NCBI GenBank assembly: GCA_963666565.1
Contig: OY762911.1
Location: 2,496,001 to 2,560,000, forward strand
Length of the DNA stretch: 64,000 nucleotides
Direction: 5' to 3'
Source: Thermoanaerobaculia bacterium
GTDB taxonomy: Bacteria; Acidobacteriota; Thermoanaerobaculia; Multivoradales; Multivoraceae
Shown piece after piece: positions 39,659 through 52,729 of the stretch (position 1 is its first letter; the number at the start of each line of letters is the position of its first letter). The notes beneath the pieces were generated by a model. The model worked only from the letters and a program-made list of their open reading frames with translations, ran no database searches and was not told the DNA's origin. A program made the translations under genes and the position numbers.

Positions 39659-40776
39659 GCGACGGGTCGAGCTTCCGTCCGGCCGACCGCCGCGCCATGG
39701 CGCGCGCGCTGGCCCTGGCGCGCCGCGGCCGCTGCACCGTGGCGCCGAACCCGATGGTCGGGGCGGTTGTCGTGAGCGGAGGCGAGACCGTGGGCGAGGG
39801 CTGGCACCGGCGGGCGGGCGGCGAGCACGCGGAGGCGGCGGCGCTGGCGGCCGCCGCCAATGCGGCATTGGACGGCACGCTCTACGTGACCCTCGAACCC
39901 TGCAACCACCACGGACGGACGCCGCCCTGCGCCGGCCGCGTGATCGAGTCCGGGGTGAAGCGCGTCGTCTACGCCCACCGCGATCCGAACCCGGAGGTGA
40001 CCGGCGGCGGCGGCGACCGGCTGCGGGCCGCGGGGATACGGGTCGAGGGCGGGCTGCTTGCCGGGCAGGCGGTCGAGATGAACGTGCCGTTCCTGACGAA
40101 CGTGGTGCATCGCCGGCCCGCCGTGACGCTCAAGTGGGCGATGAGCCTGGACGGCCGGATCGCGACGGCGGCCGGCGACAGCCAGTGGATCTCGTCGGAG
40201 CGGGGCCGGCGGTGGGCGCTCGACCTGCGGGAGGAGCACCAGGCGATCGTCGTCGGCAGCGGCACGGCGCTCGCCGACGACCCGCGGTTGAACCGGCGGC
40301 TGGGCCGGGCCGAGGGGCCGATCCTGCGCGTGGTGCTCGACCGTCGGCTGCGGCTGTCGCCCGAGGCGCGGATGTTGGAAGTCGAGGGGCCGGTCGTGGT
40401 CTACACGGAGGCGCCGGCGGGCGACCGGTTGCGCCGCTCCGGCGCCGAGGTGGTGCGCCTCGCCGCCGTCACGCCGGCGGCCGTGCTGGCGGACCTCTTC
40501 GATCGCGGCGTCTCCAACGTGCTGGTAGAGGGCGGCGGGGAAGTGCTCGCCGCGTTCTCGGCGTCCGGCCTGTGGGATCGGGCCGCGGTCTGCTGCGCGC
40601 CGGTCCTGATCGGCGGCGCGGCCGCGCCGGGTCCGCTCGGCGGCGACGGGCCGGAACGGCTGGCGGACGCCTGGCGTCTCGACGAACTGCGGGTTCGCCG
40701 ACGCGGACCGGACGTGATTCTCGTAGGCTACCGGCAGGGATGTTTACCGGAATTGTCACGGAGCGTGGCCGGGTAG
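39655..40776 (+). CDS. ribD: Bifunctional riboflavin deaminase/reductase
   Basis: PNPMVGAV, HAE, TLEPCNHHGRTPPC, SLDG, SQWIS, VEGG. Confidence 0.96.
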   Translation: MSDGSSFRPADRRAMARALALARRGRCTVAPNPMVGAVVVSGGETVGEGWHRRAGGEHAEAAALAAAANAALDGTLYVTLEPCNHHGRTPPCAGRVIESGVKRVVYAHRDPNPEVTGGGGDRLRAAGIRVEGGLLAGQAVEMNVPFLTNVVHRRPAVTLKWAMSLDGRIATAAGDSQWISSERGRRWALDLREEHQAIVVGSGTALADDPRLNRRLGRAEGPILRVVLDRRLRLSPEARMLEVEGPVVVYTEAPAGDRLRRSGAEVVRLAAVTPAAVLADLFDRGVSNVLVEGGGEVLAAFSASGLWDRAAVCCAPVLIGGAAAPGPLGGDGPERLADAWRLDELRVRRRGPDVILVGYRQGCLPELSRSVAG

Positions 40777-41540
40777 TCGAGGCACCCGGGGCTGCCGAGG
40801 GGCGGCGCGCCATCCGACTTCCCGAAGGCGGGCGCTCGGACCGGGTCGCGGACGGTGCGAGGGCGTACCCCGCGGGTGCGCGCCTGGTTGTCGGACACTC
40901 GGCGGCGCTCGCCGCGAAGCTCGACCTCGGCGCCAGCATCGCGGTTGCGGGCGTGTGCCTGACCGTGGTGGAGCAGGGAGGCGCGGATGGCACGCAGGGC
41001 AGCGTTGCGATTGGCGACGCGAAGCGGGCCGCGGGAAGCAGTGCCTCGGGACGGTCGCGGACGTCGTCCCCTGGGTGTTCGCCGGCCTGGTCCGCCTTCG
41101 ACCTGTCTCCCGAAACGCTCAGCCGAACGACGCTGGGCGCGCTGCAAGCCGGCGACGAGGTGAACCTCGAGCCGCCGCTCTCGGCCGGCGACCCGTTGGG
41201 CGGCCACTGGGTCCAGGGGCACGTGGACTCGACGACCCGGGTGGCCCGGGTGGAGGAGCAGGGCGACAACCGGGTCGTCGCGTTCGAGATCCCCGCCGAA
41301 CTGCGCGACGGCTTCGTCCCCAAGGGCAGCGTGACCATCGACGGCGTCAGCCTGACCGTCGCGGCTCTGGACGAGGACACCTTCGACGTCGCCCTGATTC
41401 CGCACACGCTCGAGGTCACGACCCTCTCGGAACTGAGCCCCGGCGATCCGGTCAACGTCGAGGGCGACATCCTCGCCCGCTACGTCCGGAAAGCGGTCGA
41501 GGCCGCGGTCGCCGCCGCACTGAAGCCGACGGGAAGATGA
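40740..41540 (+). CDS. ribE: Riboflavin synthase (alpha chain) with two in-frame insertions
   Basis: MFTGIV start, GASIAVAGVCLTV, VNLE, GGHWVQGHVD, KGSVTIDGVSLTV, LIPHT. Confidence 0.93.
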   Translation: MFTGIVTERGRVVEAPGAAEGRRAIRLPEGGRSDRVADGARAYPAGARLVVGHSAALAAKLDLGASIAVAGVCLTVVEQGGADGTQGSVAIGDAKRAAGSSASGRSRTSSPGCSPAWSAFDLSPETLSRTTLGALQAGDEVNLEPPLSAGDPLGGHWVQGHVDSTTRVARVEEQGDNRVVAFEIPAELRDGFVPKGSVTIDGVSLTVAALDEDTFDVALIPHTLEVTTLSELSPGDPVNVEGDILARYVRKAVEAAVAAALKPTGR

Positions 41541-41563
41541 GAGCGCCGCGCCGCGCTGGGCGC

Positions 41564-41590
41564 GCTGGGTGCGCGGGTCTTCCGACCCGC
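41564..41590. repeat. REP-like family A copy (first hairpin)
   Basis: gctgggtgcgcgggtcttccgacccgc. Confidence 0.8.
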
Positions 41591-41654
41591 ACCAAGCGCG
41601 ATGCCGCGAAGCGGCGAGCCCGAGTGTCGATCGCAGCGCCGCTAACGTAGCCGC

Positions 41655-42806
41655 GTGACGCCACTCGCCCTTCGGGAACACGTCGCCGAGCCGGCGAACC
41701 TCTGGATCCGCCACGGCTTCTCCCGCTGGCCTTGGCCCGGCGGCGAAGACCTCTGGTGCGACCTCGCGACCGGCGGCCTGGGGCCGTCCGCTGCCGGCGG
41801 CCAGAGACCGTCCGCCGTCCGGCCGTCGTTCGTCGACGCCGAGGCGGTCGACCTTGTGCGCTCAGCGACCGACGTCGTCTACGTTCCGCCCCTGCCGGCC
41901 GACCGCGAGTCACTCCGCGCAGCGATCGTCGAAGCGGCGAGCGCCTCCGGCGCGCCCCTTCTGATCCAGACCGTAGCCGACGGCCTGCCGGTTGCGCCGG
42001 ACTCCGGCCGGTACCTTCGTGAGCTTCCCGGCGCCGCGTCGGTGCAACCGATACTTGGGGCGACCGACTCCGGGCCGTCACCTGGCCCGACCGACTCCGG
42101 GCCGTCGCCCGGTTCGACCGAAGCCGAGCCGTCCCCTGGTTCGACCGACGCCGGGCCGCCGCCCAACGTCGTCGTCGCCATCGACCTGCTCGACAGCCTG
42201 GTTCGCCACGCCGCGACGCTGCGGGAGGAGTTCAAGGAGAACCGTCAGCCGAGCCTCCCCTTGGAGCCTCCGCCGCTGCAGGACGCGACCCTGGTGTGGC
42301 CTCTCGTCACCGGCTGGACGGACCAGCCGGGCATCCTGGAATCGGCCATGGCCCGCTTGGCGGCTGCGGGCGCGCGCCGCGTCGTCCCGCGCGCGATGGC
42401 GCTCGACGCCCGCGACCGCCGCCTGCTCGCCGGACATCTCCAGACGACCTGGCCCGAGGCGTTCGACGCCCTCTTCCACGGCGACGAGTCGCCGCCCGAT
42501 GCGCCGGCCTTCCGCGGCGCCGCCGAAGCCGCGGGCCTGGAATTTCGCCTGCCGCGGCCGCTGCCGGCGCCGCCGCTGCCGGCAAGACTTCGCCTCGCCC
42601 GCGAGCTGGCCGGCCACCTGATCGAACTCGGCGACGCCGCCGCCACCGGCGGCGACGCCTGCTACCGTGCCGCCCGCTTCCTCGACCGCGACGAAGTCGA
42701 CATCGAAGCCGCCGCCCGCGAAGGGAACCTCGGCGTCCTGCCGTGGCTGGAGGCGCCGGCGAAGCGGGCGGCGGAACGGTGGCTGGCCTCGCGCCACCGA
42801 CACTGA
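41655..42806 (+). CDS. Hypothetical protein: degenerate radical-SAM-like barrel plus C-terminal PolX-type helix-hairpin-helix-like domain
   Basis: PLVTGWTD..LESAMARLAAAGARRV and ELAGHLIELG..YRAARFLD..IEAAAREGNLGVLPWL; 27-bp repeat at 42063-42160. Confidence 0.5.
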   Translation: MTPLALREHVAEPANLWIRHGFSRWPWPGGEDLWCDLATGGLGPSAAGGQRPSAVRPSFVDAEAVDLVRSATDVVYVPPLPADRESLRAAIVEAASASGAPLLIQTVADGLPVAPDSGRYLRELPGAASVQPILGATDSGPSPGPTDSGPSPGSTEAEPSPGSTDAGPPPNVVVAIDLLDSLVRHAATLREEFKENRQPSLPLEPPPLQDATLVWPLVTGWTDQPGILESAMARLAAAGARRVVPRAMALDARDRRLLAGHLQTTWPEAFDALFHGDESPPDAPAFRGAAEAAGLEFRLPRPLPAPPLPARLRLARELAGHLIELGDAAATGGDACYRAARFLDRDEVDIEAAAREGNLGVLPWLEAPAKRAAERWLASRHRH

Positions 42807-42909
42807 AGCCGATACGAACGGGAGTGTCGCCGGCGTTCAGCCCCCGTCCGCGACGCTCGACATCCTGTGTCCGTTGGCCGCAGCCTCCCCGGCGCCGCCG
42901 CCTACTCCT

Positions 42910-43491
42910 TCAGGTGCCGGTCGCGACCGTGTACGTCAGCGCGGCGAGAATCAGCGTGTTGAAGGCCATGATGCCGCCGAAGGTCCACTTCAGCGTGCCC
43001 AACTGTCCTGCCAGCCCCGCGGTCTGCCCCGCGACGCCCGCGATCTTCCCCTCGACCCCCGCGATCTGCCCTTCGACCCCCGCGATCTGCCCTTCGACCC
43101 CCGCGATCTTCCCCTCGACTGAGGCGAAGCGGGCGTCCATCTCGCCCTTCAACTCCGCGAAGCGGGCGTCGACCTGGGCGAACCGGGCGTCGACCTGCGA
43201 GAATCGGGCATCCATTTCGCCCCTGAACTCCGCCCGGTCCTGGGCCCGTTGCGCGTCGTGACGCTCCAGCATCGCCTTGAACCGGGCGTCCGCTTCCGCC
43301 CGGTCCTGTGCCCGCTGCGCGTCGTGACGCTCCAGCATCGCCTTGAACCGCGCGTCCGCTTCCGCTCTCGTCATCATCGGCGCCGCCTGTTCATCCAGCA
43401 GATCGACCAGCGTCTCCGCCACCGGGCGATCCATGCCCGCGTCGGTCAGTGCCTTGCGTCTGGCGGACGCCTGTCCGGTGGTCCACGTCAT
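42910..43491 (-). CDS. DUF1640/CCDC90-like coiled-coil membrane-anchored protein
   Basis: ALTDAGMDRPVAETLV head, heptad repeats (60-bp and 21-bp units), C-terminal TM LKWTFGGIMAF; start may be 43521. Confidence 0.75.
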   Translation of the reverse strand: MTWTTGQASARRKALTDAGMDRPVAETLVDLLDEQAAPMMTRAEADARFKAMLERHDAQRAQDRAEADARFKAMLERHDAQRAQDRAEFRGEMDARFSQVDARFAQVDARFAELKGEMDARFASVEGKIAGVEGQIAGVEGQIAGVEGKIAGVAGQTAGLAGQLGTLKWTFGGIMAFNTLILAALTYTVATGT

Positions 43492-43713
43492 CTCCGTTCC
43501 TGAAATCTCAGCTCTCGTCATCGTCAGCCCCCAACTCGCTCGATCATTCTGCGCCGGGCGGCCGCGACGACAGAGGAAAGGGTACAACAGGCCCCGGCGC
43601 CGGGCCCCGGGGACACGGCCTTCTGCCGGTCCTCAAGGACTAGGACGGATTCCGGCGCCGAGAGCCGGATTCGGGAGCTTCCGCCGCGGCGCGAGTGCCA
43701 GGCCGCGAGTGTT

Positions 43714-43748
43714 GGTGCACGGGCTTTCTGATCCGCTGTCGCCGCAGG
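43714..43748. repeat. Degenerate REP-like family A copy
   Basis: ggtgcacgggctttctgatccgctgtcgccgcagg versus ggtgcgcgggtcttctgacccgctgccgccgcagg. Confidence 0.65.
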
Positions 43749-43759
43749 ACGCCCGCGGC

Positions 43760-44140
43760 AACCGGCTGCCGGAAGTTCCCGGCGCCCGCGCCTTTGTCGA
43801 CTGGCTCGTCGCCCGGCCGGACGTCGCCGTCGGCATCGCCACCGGCGGCTGGAAGGAAACCGCCGCGATGAAGCTGCAGGCCGTCGGCCTCGATCCCGAG
43901 ACCCTGAACCTCGCCTCCGGTTCGGACGCCGAAAGCCGGGTCGAGATCATGCGCGTCGCGGCCGAGCGCACCTTGGCGGGCAGATCAGCCAACGGGAAGA
44001 CCTACTTCGGCAACCGTCCGTGGGATCGGGAAGCCAGTCGCGAGTTGGACTGGCGCTTCATCGGCATCGGCTCGGATGTCGAACACACGACCCGGTTCGA
44101 CGACTTTCTCGATCACGAGTCCATCTGGAAAAGTGCTCAA
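43760..44140 (+). pseudogene. 5'-truncated HAD-superfamily hydrolase fragment
   Basis: EVPGARAFV..GIATGGW..KL..YFGNRPWD..FIGIG; N-terminal DxD motif absent and the usual GD motif reads GN. Confidence 0.65.
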
Positions 44141-44300
44141 TCTGCCGTCGGACAAGGGTTGGCCTGCAGGCGGTCGCAGGGCTTGGTGACAGGGCGGCCA
44201 ATGGCGTCGGGCCTGTCCCGGTGCCTCGCCGGCGGCTCACCGGGTGGTGCGGCGGAAGTGCCTTTGGTTCATGATCCGTGTGATGAACTGGTTCCCGGCT

Positions 44301-44939
44301 TTACCGTGACCCGCCGCTCTTCGACACCGCCGTTGCCAGCTTCCAGTTCTGTTCGCTGGGGTCGTAGACGATGACGCCCTTACGCTTCAGATGTAGCTGC
44401 GCGTGACGAAACCGACGCTGCCACGCCTTACCGTAGGGCTCACCCTTGATGAAGAAGAGCTCGCTGTCATCGCACAGGGCGGGAAGCAGCGATTTCACTT
44501 CCTGCTGCATCGCCTTTGTCTTCTTCGGACCCCGTCTGAGGATGAACTCAATGGTCTCACCGAACACGGCATGGGCGCTGCGGTTGCCCACTTGGGCGGC
44601 CGCGAACGTTGGTTGCGCTTTACGCATGGCCTTGTCGAACTTCTTCCTCGCACCCTGTCCAGCGCTGCTCATCGACTCGGAGTGAGCTTGACGAAGCTCA
44701 GTCTCCAGTTGGACGAGGCCAGTGATCGTCTCGACATCGACCTCGCTGCCGAGACGGGCGAACTCCAGCATGTCGTGGCGTACTTTCCGCACCAGCGCGT
44801 CCTGCTCAAGAAGGACGCCGTACTCGATGTTCCGGTCCAATGCGGCGAGGTCCTGCCGCCAACTCCCCGCAAGCAACCGAACCGCCGGAGTGTGTTCAAT
44901 CACCTTGACCATTCTGGCCGCAGCGACCGCAGGAGCCAA
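44301..44939 (-). CDS. Hypothetical protein with C-terminal Mrr-N-like winged helix, possibly 5'-truncated
   Basis: LCDD..KAWQRRFRHAQLHLKRKGVI..NWKL; lower GC; weak TTG start. Confidence 0.5.
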   Translation of the reverse strand: MAPAVAAARMVKVIEHTPAVRLLAGSWRQDLAALDRNIEYGVLLEQDALVRKVRHDMLEFARLGSEVDVETITGLVQLETELRQAHSESMSSAGQGARKKFDKAMRKAQPTFAAAQVGNRSAHAVFGETIEFILRRGPKKTKAMQQEVKSLLPALCDDSELFFIKGEPYGKAWQRRFRHAQLHLKRKGVIVYDPSEQNWKLATAVSKSGGSR

Positions 44940-45054
44940 GTGCCGGGTGCCGTCTGTTGTCCTCGATTCACACGAATCCCGTGTGGCGTTGGTTCGTGAT
45001 GTGAGCGGGGCATTGGCGAAACGTAGTCAACGAGTGGGTTCAAGCAAGAGTCGG

Positions 45055-46542
<1,488 letters not shown>

Positions 46543-46556
46543 CCGCTACGTCCCGG

Positions 46557-47549
46557 TCAGGCGGCGGGGGACGCCGGCGAACCGCAGGACGAGGACGGCC
46601 GCCGCCACAGTTCCTCGTCGTCCAGCAGGCCGCGGAGGAGCCGCGCCACCTGCCCGGCGGCGCCGGCGCCGACTCTCAGCACGTCCTCGTGGTCGAGGTG
46701 GGCGCCCTCCATGCCGGCCGCCATGTTCGTGACCAGCGAGAAGCCGAGCACGCGGAGCCCCATGTGGCGGGCGGCGATGACTTCCTGCACCGTCGACATG
46801 CCGACCAGGTCGCCGCCCAGGGCGCGGTAGGCGCGAATCTCGGCGGGCGTTTCGTAGGACGGGCCGAGCAGGCCGACGTAGACCCCCTCGTGGACGCGGA
46901 TTCCCGCTTCGCGGCCGATGTCGACCAGGCGGCGCCGCAGGTCGGCGTCGTAGGCGTCGCACAGGTCGGGGAACTGCGGTCCCCACGCGGCCGGCGGCTG
47001 CCCCCGCAGCGGGTTGTGGCCGGTCAGGTTGAGGTGGTCGGAGATCGCCACGATCGACCCCTCGGGCAGATCCCGTCGGAGCGACCCGGCGGCGTTCCCG
47101 ACGACCAGCGCGCCGGCCCCGAGCAGCGCCCCGAGGCGGACCAGGAAGACGACCTCGGCCGGCGTGCAGCCCTGGTACAGGTGGAGCCGGCCGCGGCTCA
47201 CCAGCAGGTGGCGTCCCGCGGCCGTCGCCGCGACCTCCACGGTGCCGGCGTGGCCCTGGATCGGCTCGGGGTGGAAGGGCAGGAACTCGGCGAACGGCCA
47301 CGGCCCGGCGACCGGTGACCCGAGGTCGACCTCGATGCCGGAGCCGGTGATCAGCACCGCGTCGGGCGCCGGCCAGCCGGCGTCCAGCCACCGGCGCCGG
47401 CGGGCTTCGATTTCCGCCGCCAGACCGTCGTCGTGGGCGTGCGGGAGGGGTGGCCGCTGCGCACCGTGCGACGAGCCGCTGCCCCCGTCGTCGTGGGCGT
47501 GCGGGAGGTGTTCGGCCGGCCGGGCGGGGATGCGGCTATCCTCTGACAC
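46557..47549 (-). CDS. Purine-nucleoside phosphorylase (trimeric PNP type) with N-terminal extension
   Basis: GSG, GRLHLYQG, NAAG, GPSYETPAE, VGMSTVQE, VTNMAAG, HEDV. Confidence 0.93.
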   Translation of the reverse strand: MSEDSRIPARPAEHLPHAHDDGGSGSSHGAQRPPLPHAHDDGLAAEIEARRRRWLDAGWPAPDAVLITGSGIEVDLGSPVAGPWPFAEFLPFHPEPIQGHAGTVEVAATAAGRHLLVSRGRLHLYQGCTPAEVVFLVRLGALLGAGALVVGNAAGSLRRDLPEGSIVAISDHLNLTGHNPLRGQPPAAWGPQFPDLCDAYDADLRRRLVDIGREAGIRVHEGVYVGLLGPSYETPAEIRAYRALGGDLVGMSTVQEVIAARHMGLRVLGFSLVTNMAAGMEGAHLDHEDVLRVGAGAAGQVARLLRGLLDDEELWRRPSSSCGSPASPAA

Positions 47550-47667
47550 GTTCCGGCGGTCTTCTGGAGATCGGGTGCGGCTCGGCCCTTCGGGCGGCGC
47601 CGGCGTTCTGGCCGGGACACTACACGACGGGCGCGGCTCGGGCGGGGCCCGGAAAGGGGGAACGGTC

Positions 47668-48219
47668 TTGGCATCGGGACAGGAACCGCGCGAGCTGATT
47701 TCGAGGGAGGAGCTCGACCGCCGGGTCGACGAACTGGCGGCCGAGATCGAGCGGGACTACGCCGACAGCGAGGATCTGCTCTGCGTCGGCGTGCTGAAAG
47801 GGTCCGTCTTCTTCATGGCCGACCTCGTGCGGCGGCTTTCCCGGCCGCTCGTCCTCGACTTCTTTCAGACCTCAAGCTACCGGGGCGAGACGACCGTGCC
47901 CGGCGAAGTCCGGATCCGGCGCGACCTCGACCACGCCCTGGCCGGCCGCGACGTCCTGCTGATCGAGGACATCGTGGACACCGGCTACACGATGCGGACG
48001 ATCATGGCGCTGATGGGATTCAGGGGCGCCCGTTCCGTGCGGCTCTGCGTTCTGCTCGACAAGGCATGCAAGCGGGAGACGCCGATCGAGATCCACTACC
48101 GAGGCTTCGAGGTGGACGACGTGTTCCTCGTCGGCTACGGCCTGGACTACGACGACCGCTACCGCAACCTGCCCTACATCGGGGTGCTGGGCGAGTCGGA
48201 GGCGGCGCCGGGCGACTGA
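47668..48219 (+). CDS. hpt: Hypoxanthine phosphoribosyltransferase
   Basis: VGVLKGS, LLIEDIVDTGYT, LLDK, VGYGLDY..YRNLPYI; TTG start. Confidence 0.96.
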   Translation: MASGQEPRELISREELDRRVDELAAEIERDYADSEDLLCVGVLKGSVFFMADLVRRLSRPLVLDFFQTSSYRGETTVPGEVRIRRDLDHALAGRDVLLIEDIVDTGYTMRTIMALMGFRGARSVRLCVLLDKACKRETPIEIHYRGFEVDDVFLVGYGLDYDDRYRNLPYIGVLGESEAAPGD

Positions 48220-48244
48220 CGACCGGGGATAGCCTCGCGCCGCT

Positions 48245-49450
48245 GTGGGATTCGTCTGGCACATAGCCGTCAGGTACTTCCGCTCGACGCGCGCCGACGC
48301 GCACATTCGGGCGCTGTCCACCCTGACCGCCGGCGGCCTGGCGGTCGGCACGGCGGCGCTGGTCCTGGCGCTGGCGGCGCTCGCGGGCTTCCAGAGCCAC
48401 GTTCTGGAGGAACTGGCGCAACATACGCCCGCGCTGCAGATCGAACTCGCCGGCGACGGCGCCGCCGGCCCCGCGGGCGCGACGGATCCGGCCCGCGGCC
48501 TGGCCGAGCTGGCGGCCGCGACGAACGGCGTCGCCGGCGTTCAGGAACTGCTCTACGCCCAGGGCTGGCTGGCCGCCGGCGAGCGTCTCTTCGCGGTCGG
48601 GGTGCTCGGCTACGAGCGGGCGCCGCCGCCCTGGATCCCGGTCGACGGGGAAGCCGCCTCCGGCCTGATCGTGCCCGTCTCCGTCGCTCTGCGGATGGGG
48701 CTCGCGGTGGGCGACCAAGTGCGCGTCGTGTCGCCCCGGCCGGGGCTGACGCCGGTCGGGCCCCAGCCGCGAACCCGCACGCTGCCGGTCGACCTGATCT
48801 ACGGCTCGGGCCGGGCGGACGACGAGGACGATCCGGTGCTGCTGCCGTTGGAACGGGCCGCCGCCCTGTTCGCGCGCGGCGACCGGCGGCTGGACCTGAC
48901 GCTGGCGCCGGGCGCGGACCCGGAGGAGATCGGCGCCTTCCTGCGCCGGGGCATCGACCCGGCGGCGGCGACGGTGACGACCTGGAGGGAGGCCAACCGG
49001 GCGCTCCTGTTCGTGCTGCGGCTGGAGAAGGGCCTCGTCTTCTCGGCGGTGGCGCTGATCGTCGCGGTCGCCTCGTTCGCCCTGCTGGCGGCCCTGTCCA
49101 TGGTGCTCTCGAGCAAGCGCTCGGAGATCGGCGTGCTGGCGGCGATGGGCGCGCCTCCGGGCCGGCTGCAGCGGGTGTTCCTCCTGCTCGGCGCCCTGCT
49201 GTCGGTCGGCGGCGCCGGCCTCGGCGGCGCGGCCGGCGCCGCGCTCGCGGCCTTCCTCGACCGCTATCGGATCATCTCCACGCCCTCCGACGTGTACGTC
49301 GTGGACTACGTGCCGTTCCTGGTCCGCGGCGCGGACGTGCTCGTCGTGCTGGGCGTGACCGTCCTGTTCACCGCCGCGGCCGCCGCGGTCGGGGCGCGCA
49401 AGGCGAGCCTCCTGGACCCGGTCGAGGCGATGAGGAGCGCGCGCACGTGA
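48245..49450 (+). CDS. lolE: Lipoprotein-releasing ABC permease (LolC/E family)
   Basis: IAVRY, GLAVGTAAL, KRSEIGVLAAMGA, DPVEAMR; upstream of lolD. Confidence 0.85.
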   Translation: MGFVWHIAVRYFRSTRADAHIRALSTLTAGGLAVGTAALVLALAALAGFQSHVLEELAQHTPALQIELAGDGAAGPAGATDPARGLAELAAATNGVAGVQELLYAQGWLAAGERLFAVGVLGYERAPPPWIPVDGEAASGLIVPVSVALRMGLAVGDQVRVVSPRPGLTPVGPQPRTRTLPVDLIYGSGRADDEDDPVLLPLERAAALFARGDRRLDLTLAPGADPEEIGAFLRRGIDPAAATVTTWREANRALLFVLRLEKGLVFSAVALIVAVASFALLAALSMVLSSKRSEIGVLAAMGAPPGRLQRVFLLLGALLSVGGAGLGGAAGAALAAFLDRYRIISTPSDVYVVDYVPFLVRGADVLVVLGVTVLFTAAAAAVGARKASLLDPVEAMRSART

Positions 49451-50118
49451 TCGCGGTGTCGGGCGTGACCAGGGCCTACCGCGACGGCGCGGTCCGGCGG
49501 CAGGTGCTGCGAGGCGTGGACCTCCGCCTCGCGCGCGGCGAGACGGCGGCGATCGTCGGTCCGTCCGGCTCGGGCAAGTCGACGCTGCTCAACATCCTGG
49601 GCGCGCTCGACACGCCGGACGCCGGCTCGGTCCGCATCGACGGCGTCGATCTGACCGCGTCGAAGCCCTCGGCGCTGGCGGGGTTCCGCAACCGGTCGCT
49701 GGGCTTCGTCTTCCAGTTCCACCAGTTGCTGCCGGACTTCACCGCGCTTGAGAACGTGATGATGCCGGGCCGGATCGCGGGCCGCCCGAGTTCGCCTCTC
49801 CGGGCCGGGGCGCTGGCGCTGCTGGAGCGGGTCGGCCTCGCCGACCGCGCCGGCGACTTTCCGCAGCAGCTCTCCGGCGGCGAGCGGCAGCGGATCGCGA
49901 TCTGCCGGGCCCTGGTGCTGGAGCCGGCGGTGCTGCTGGCCGACGAACCGACCGGCAACCTGGACGCGAAGAGCGGCGAGCGGGTGCTGGAACTGATGGA
50001 CGCGCTGCGGTGCCGCCGCGACACGACGATGGTCCTGGTGACCCACAACCCGGAGGTGGCGAAGCGTTGCGGCCGGGTGCTGCGTCTCGACGGCGGCCGG
50101 CTGACGGCTCTCTCATAG
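49447..50118 (+). CDS. lolD: Lipoprotein-releasing ABC ATP-binding protein
   Basis: GPSGSGKST, FVFQFHQLLPDFTALENV, LSGGERQR, ADEPTGNLD. Confidence 0.9.
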   Translation: MIAVSGVTRAYRDGAVRRQVLRGVDLRLARGETAAIVGPSGSGKSTLLNILGALDTPDAGSVRIDGVDLTASKPSALAGFRNRSLGFVFQFHQLLPDFTALENVMMPGRIAGRPSSPLRAGALALLERVGLADRAGDFPQQLSGGERQRIAICRALVLEPAVLLADEPTGNLDAKSGERVLELMDALRCRRDTTMVLVTHNPEVAKRCGRVLRLDGGRLTALS

Positions 50119-50233
50119 CGCCCCGAAACGCCTCGCCGGCTCGGCGTTTCGGCCCAGCCCGTCCTGAGTCCATGAGCTCGTGGCCATCCTTGCTTCGCTG
50201 CGTTCCGGCCCGCAAACTCGTAAACTCCGGTCC

Positions 50234-52715
<2,482 letters not shown>

Positions 52716-52729
<14 letters not shown>

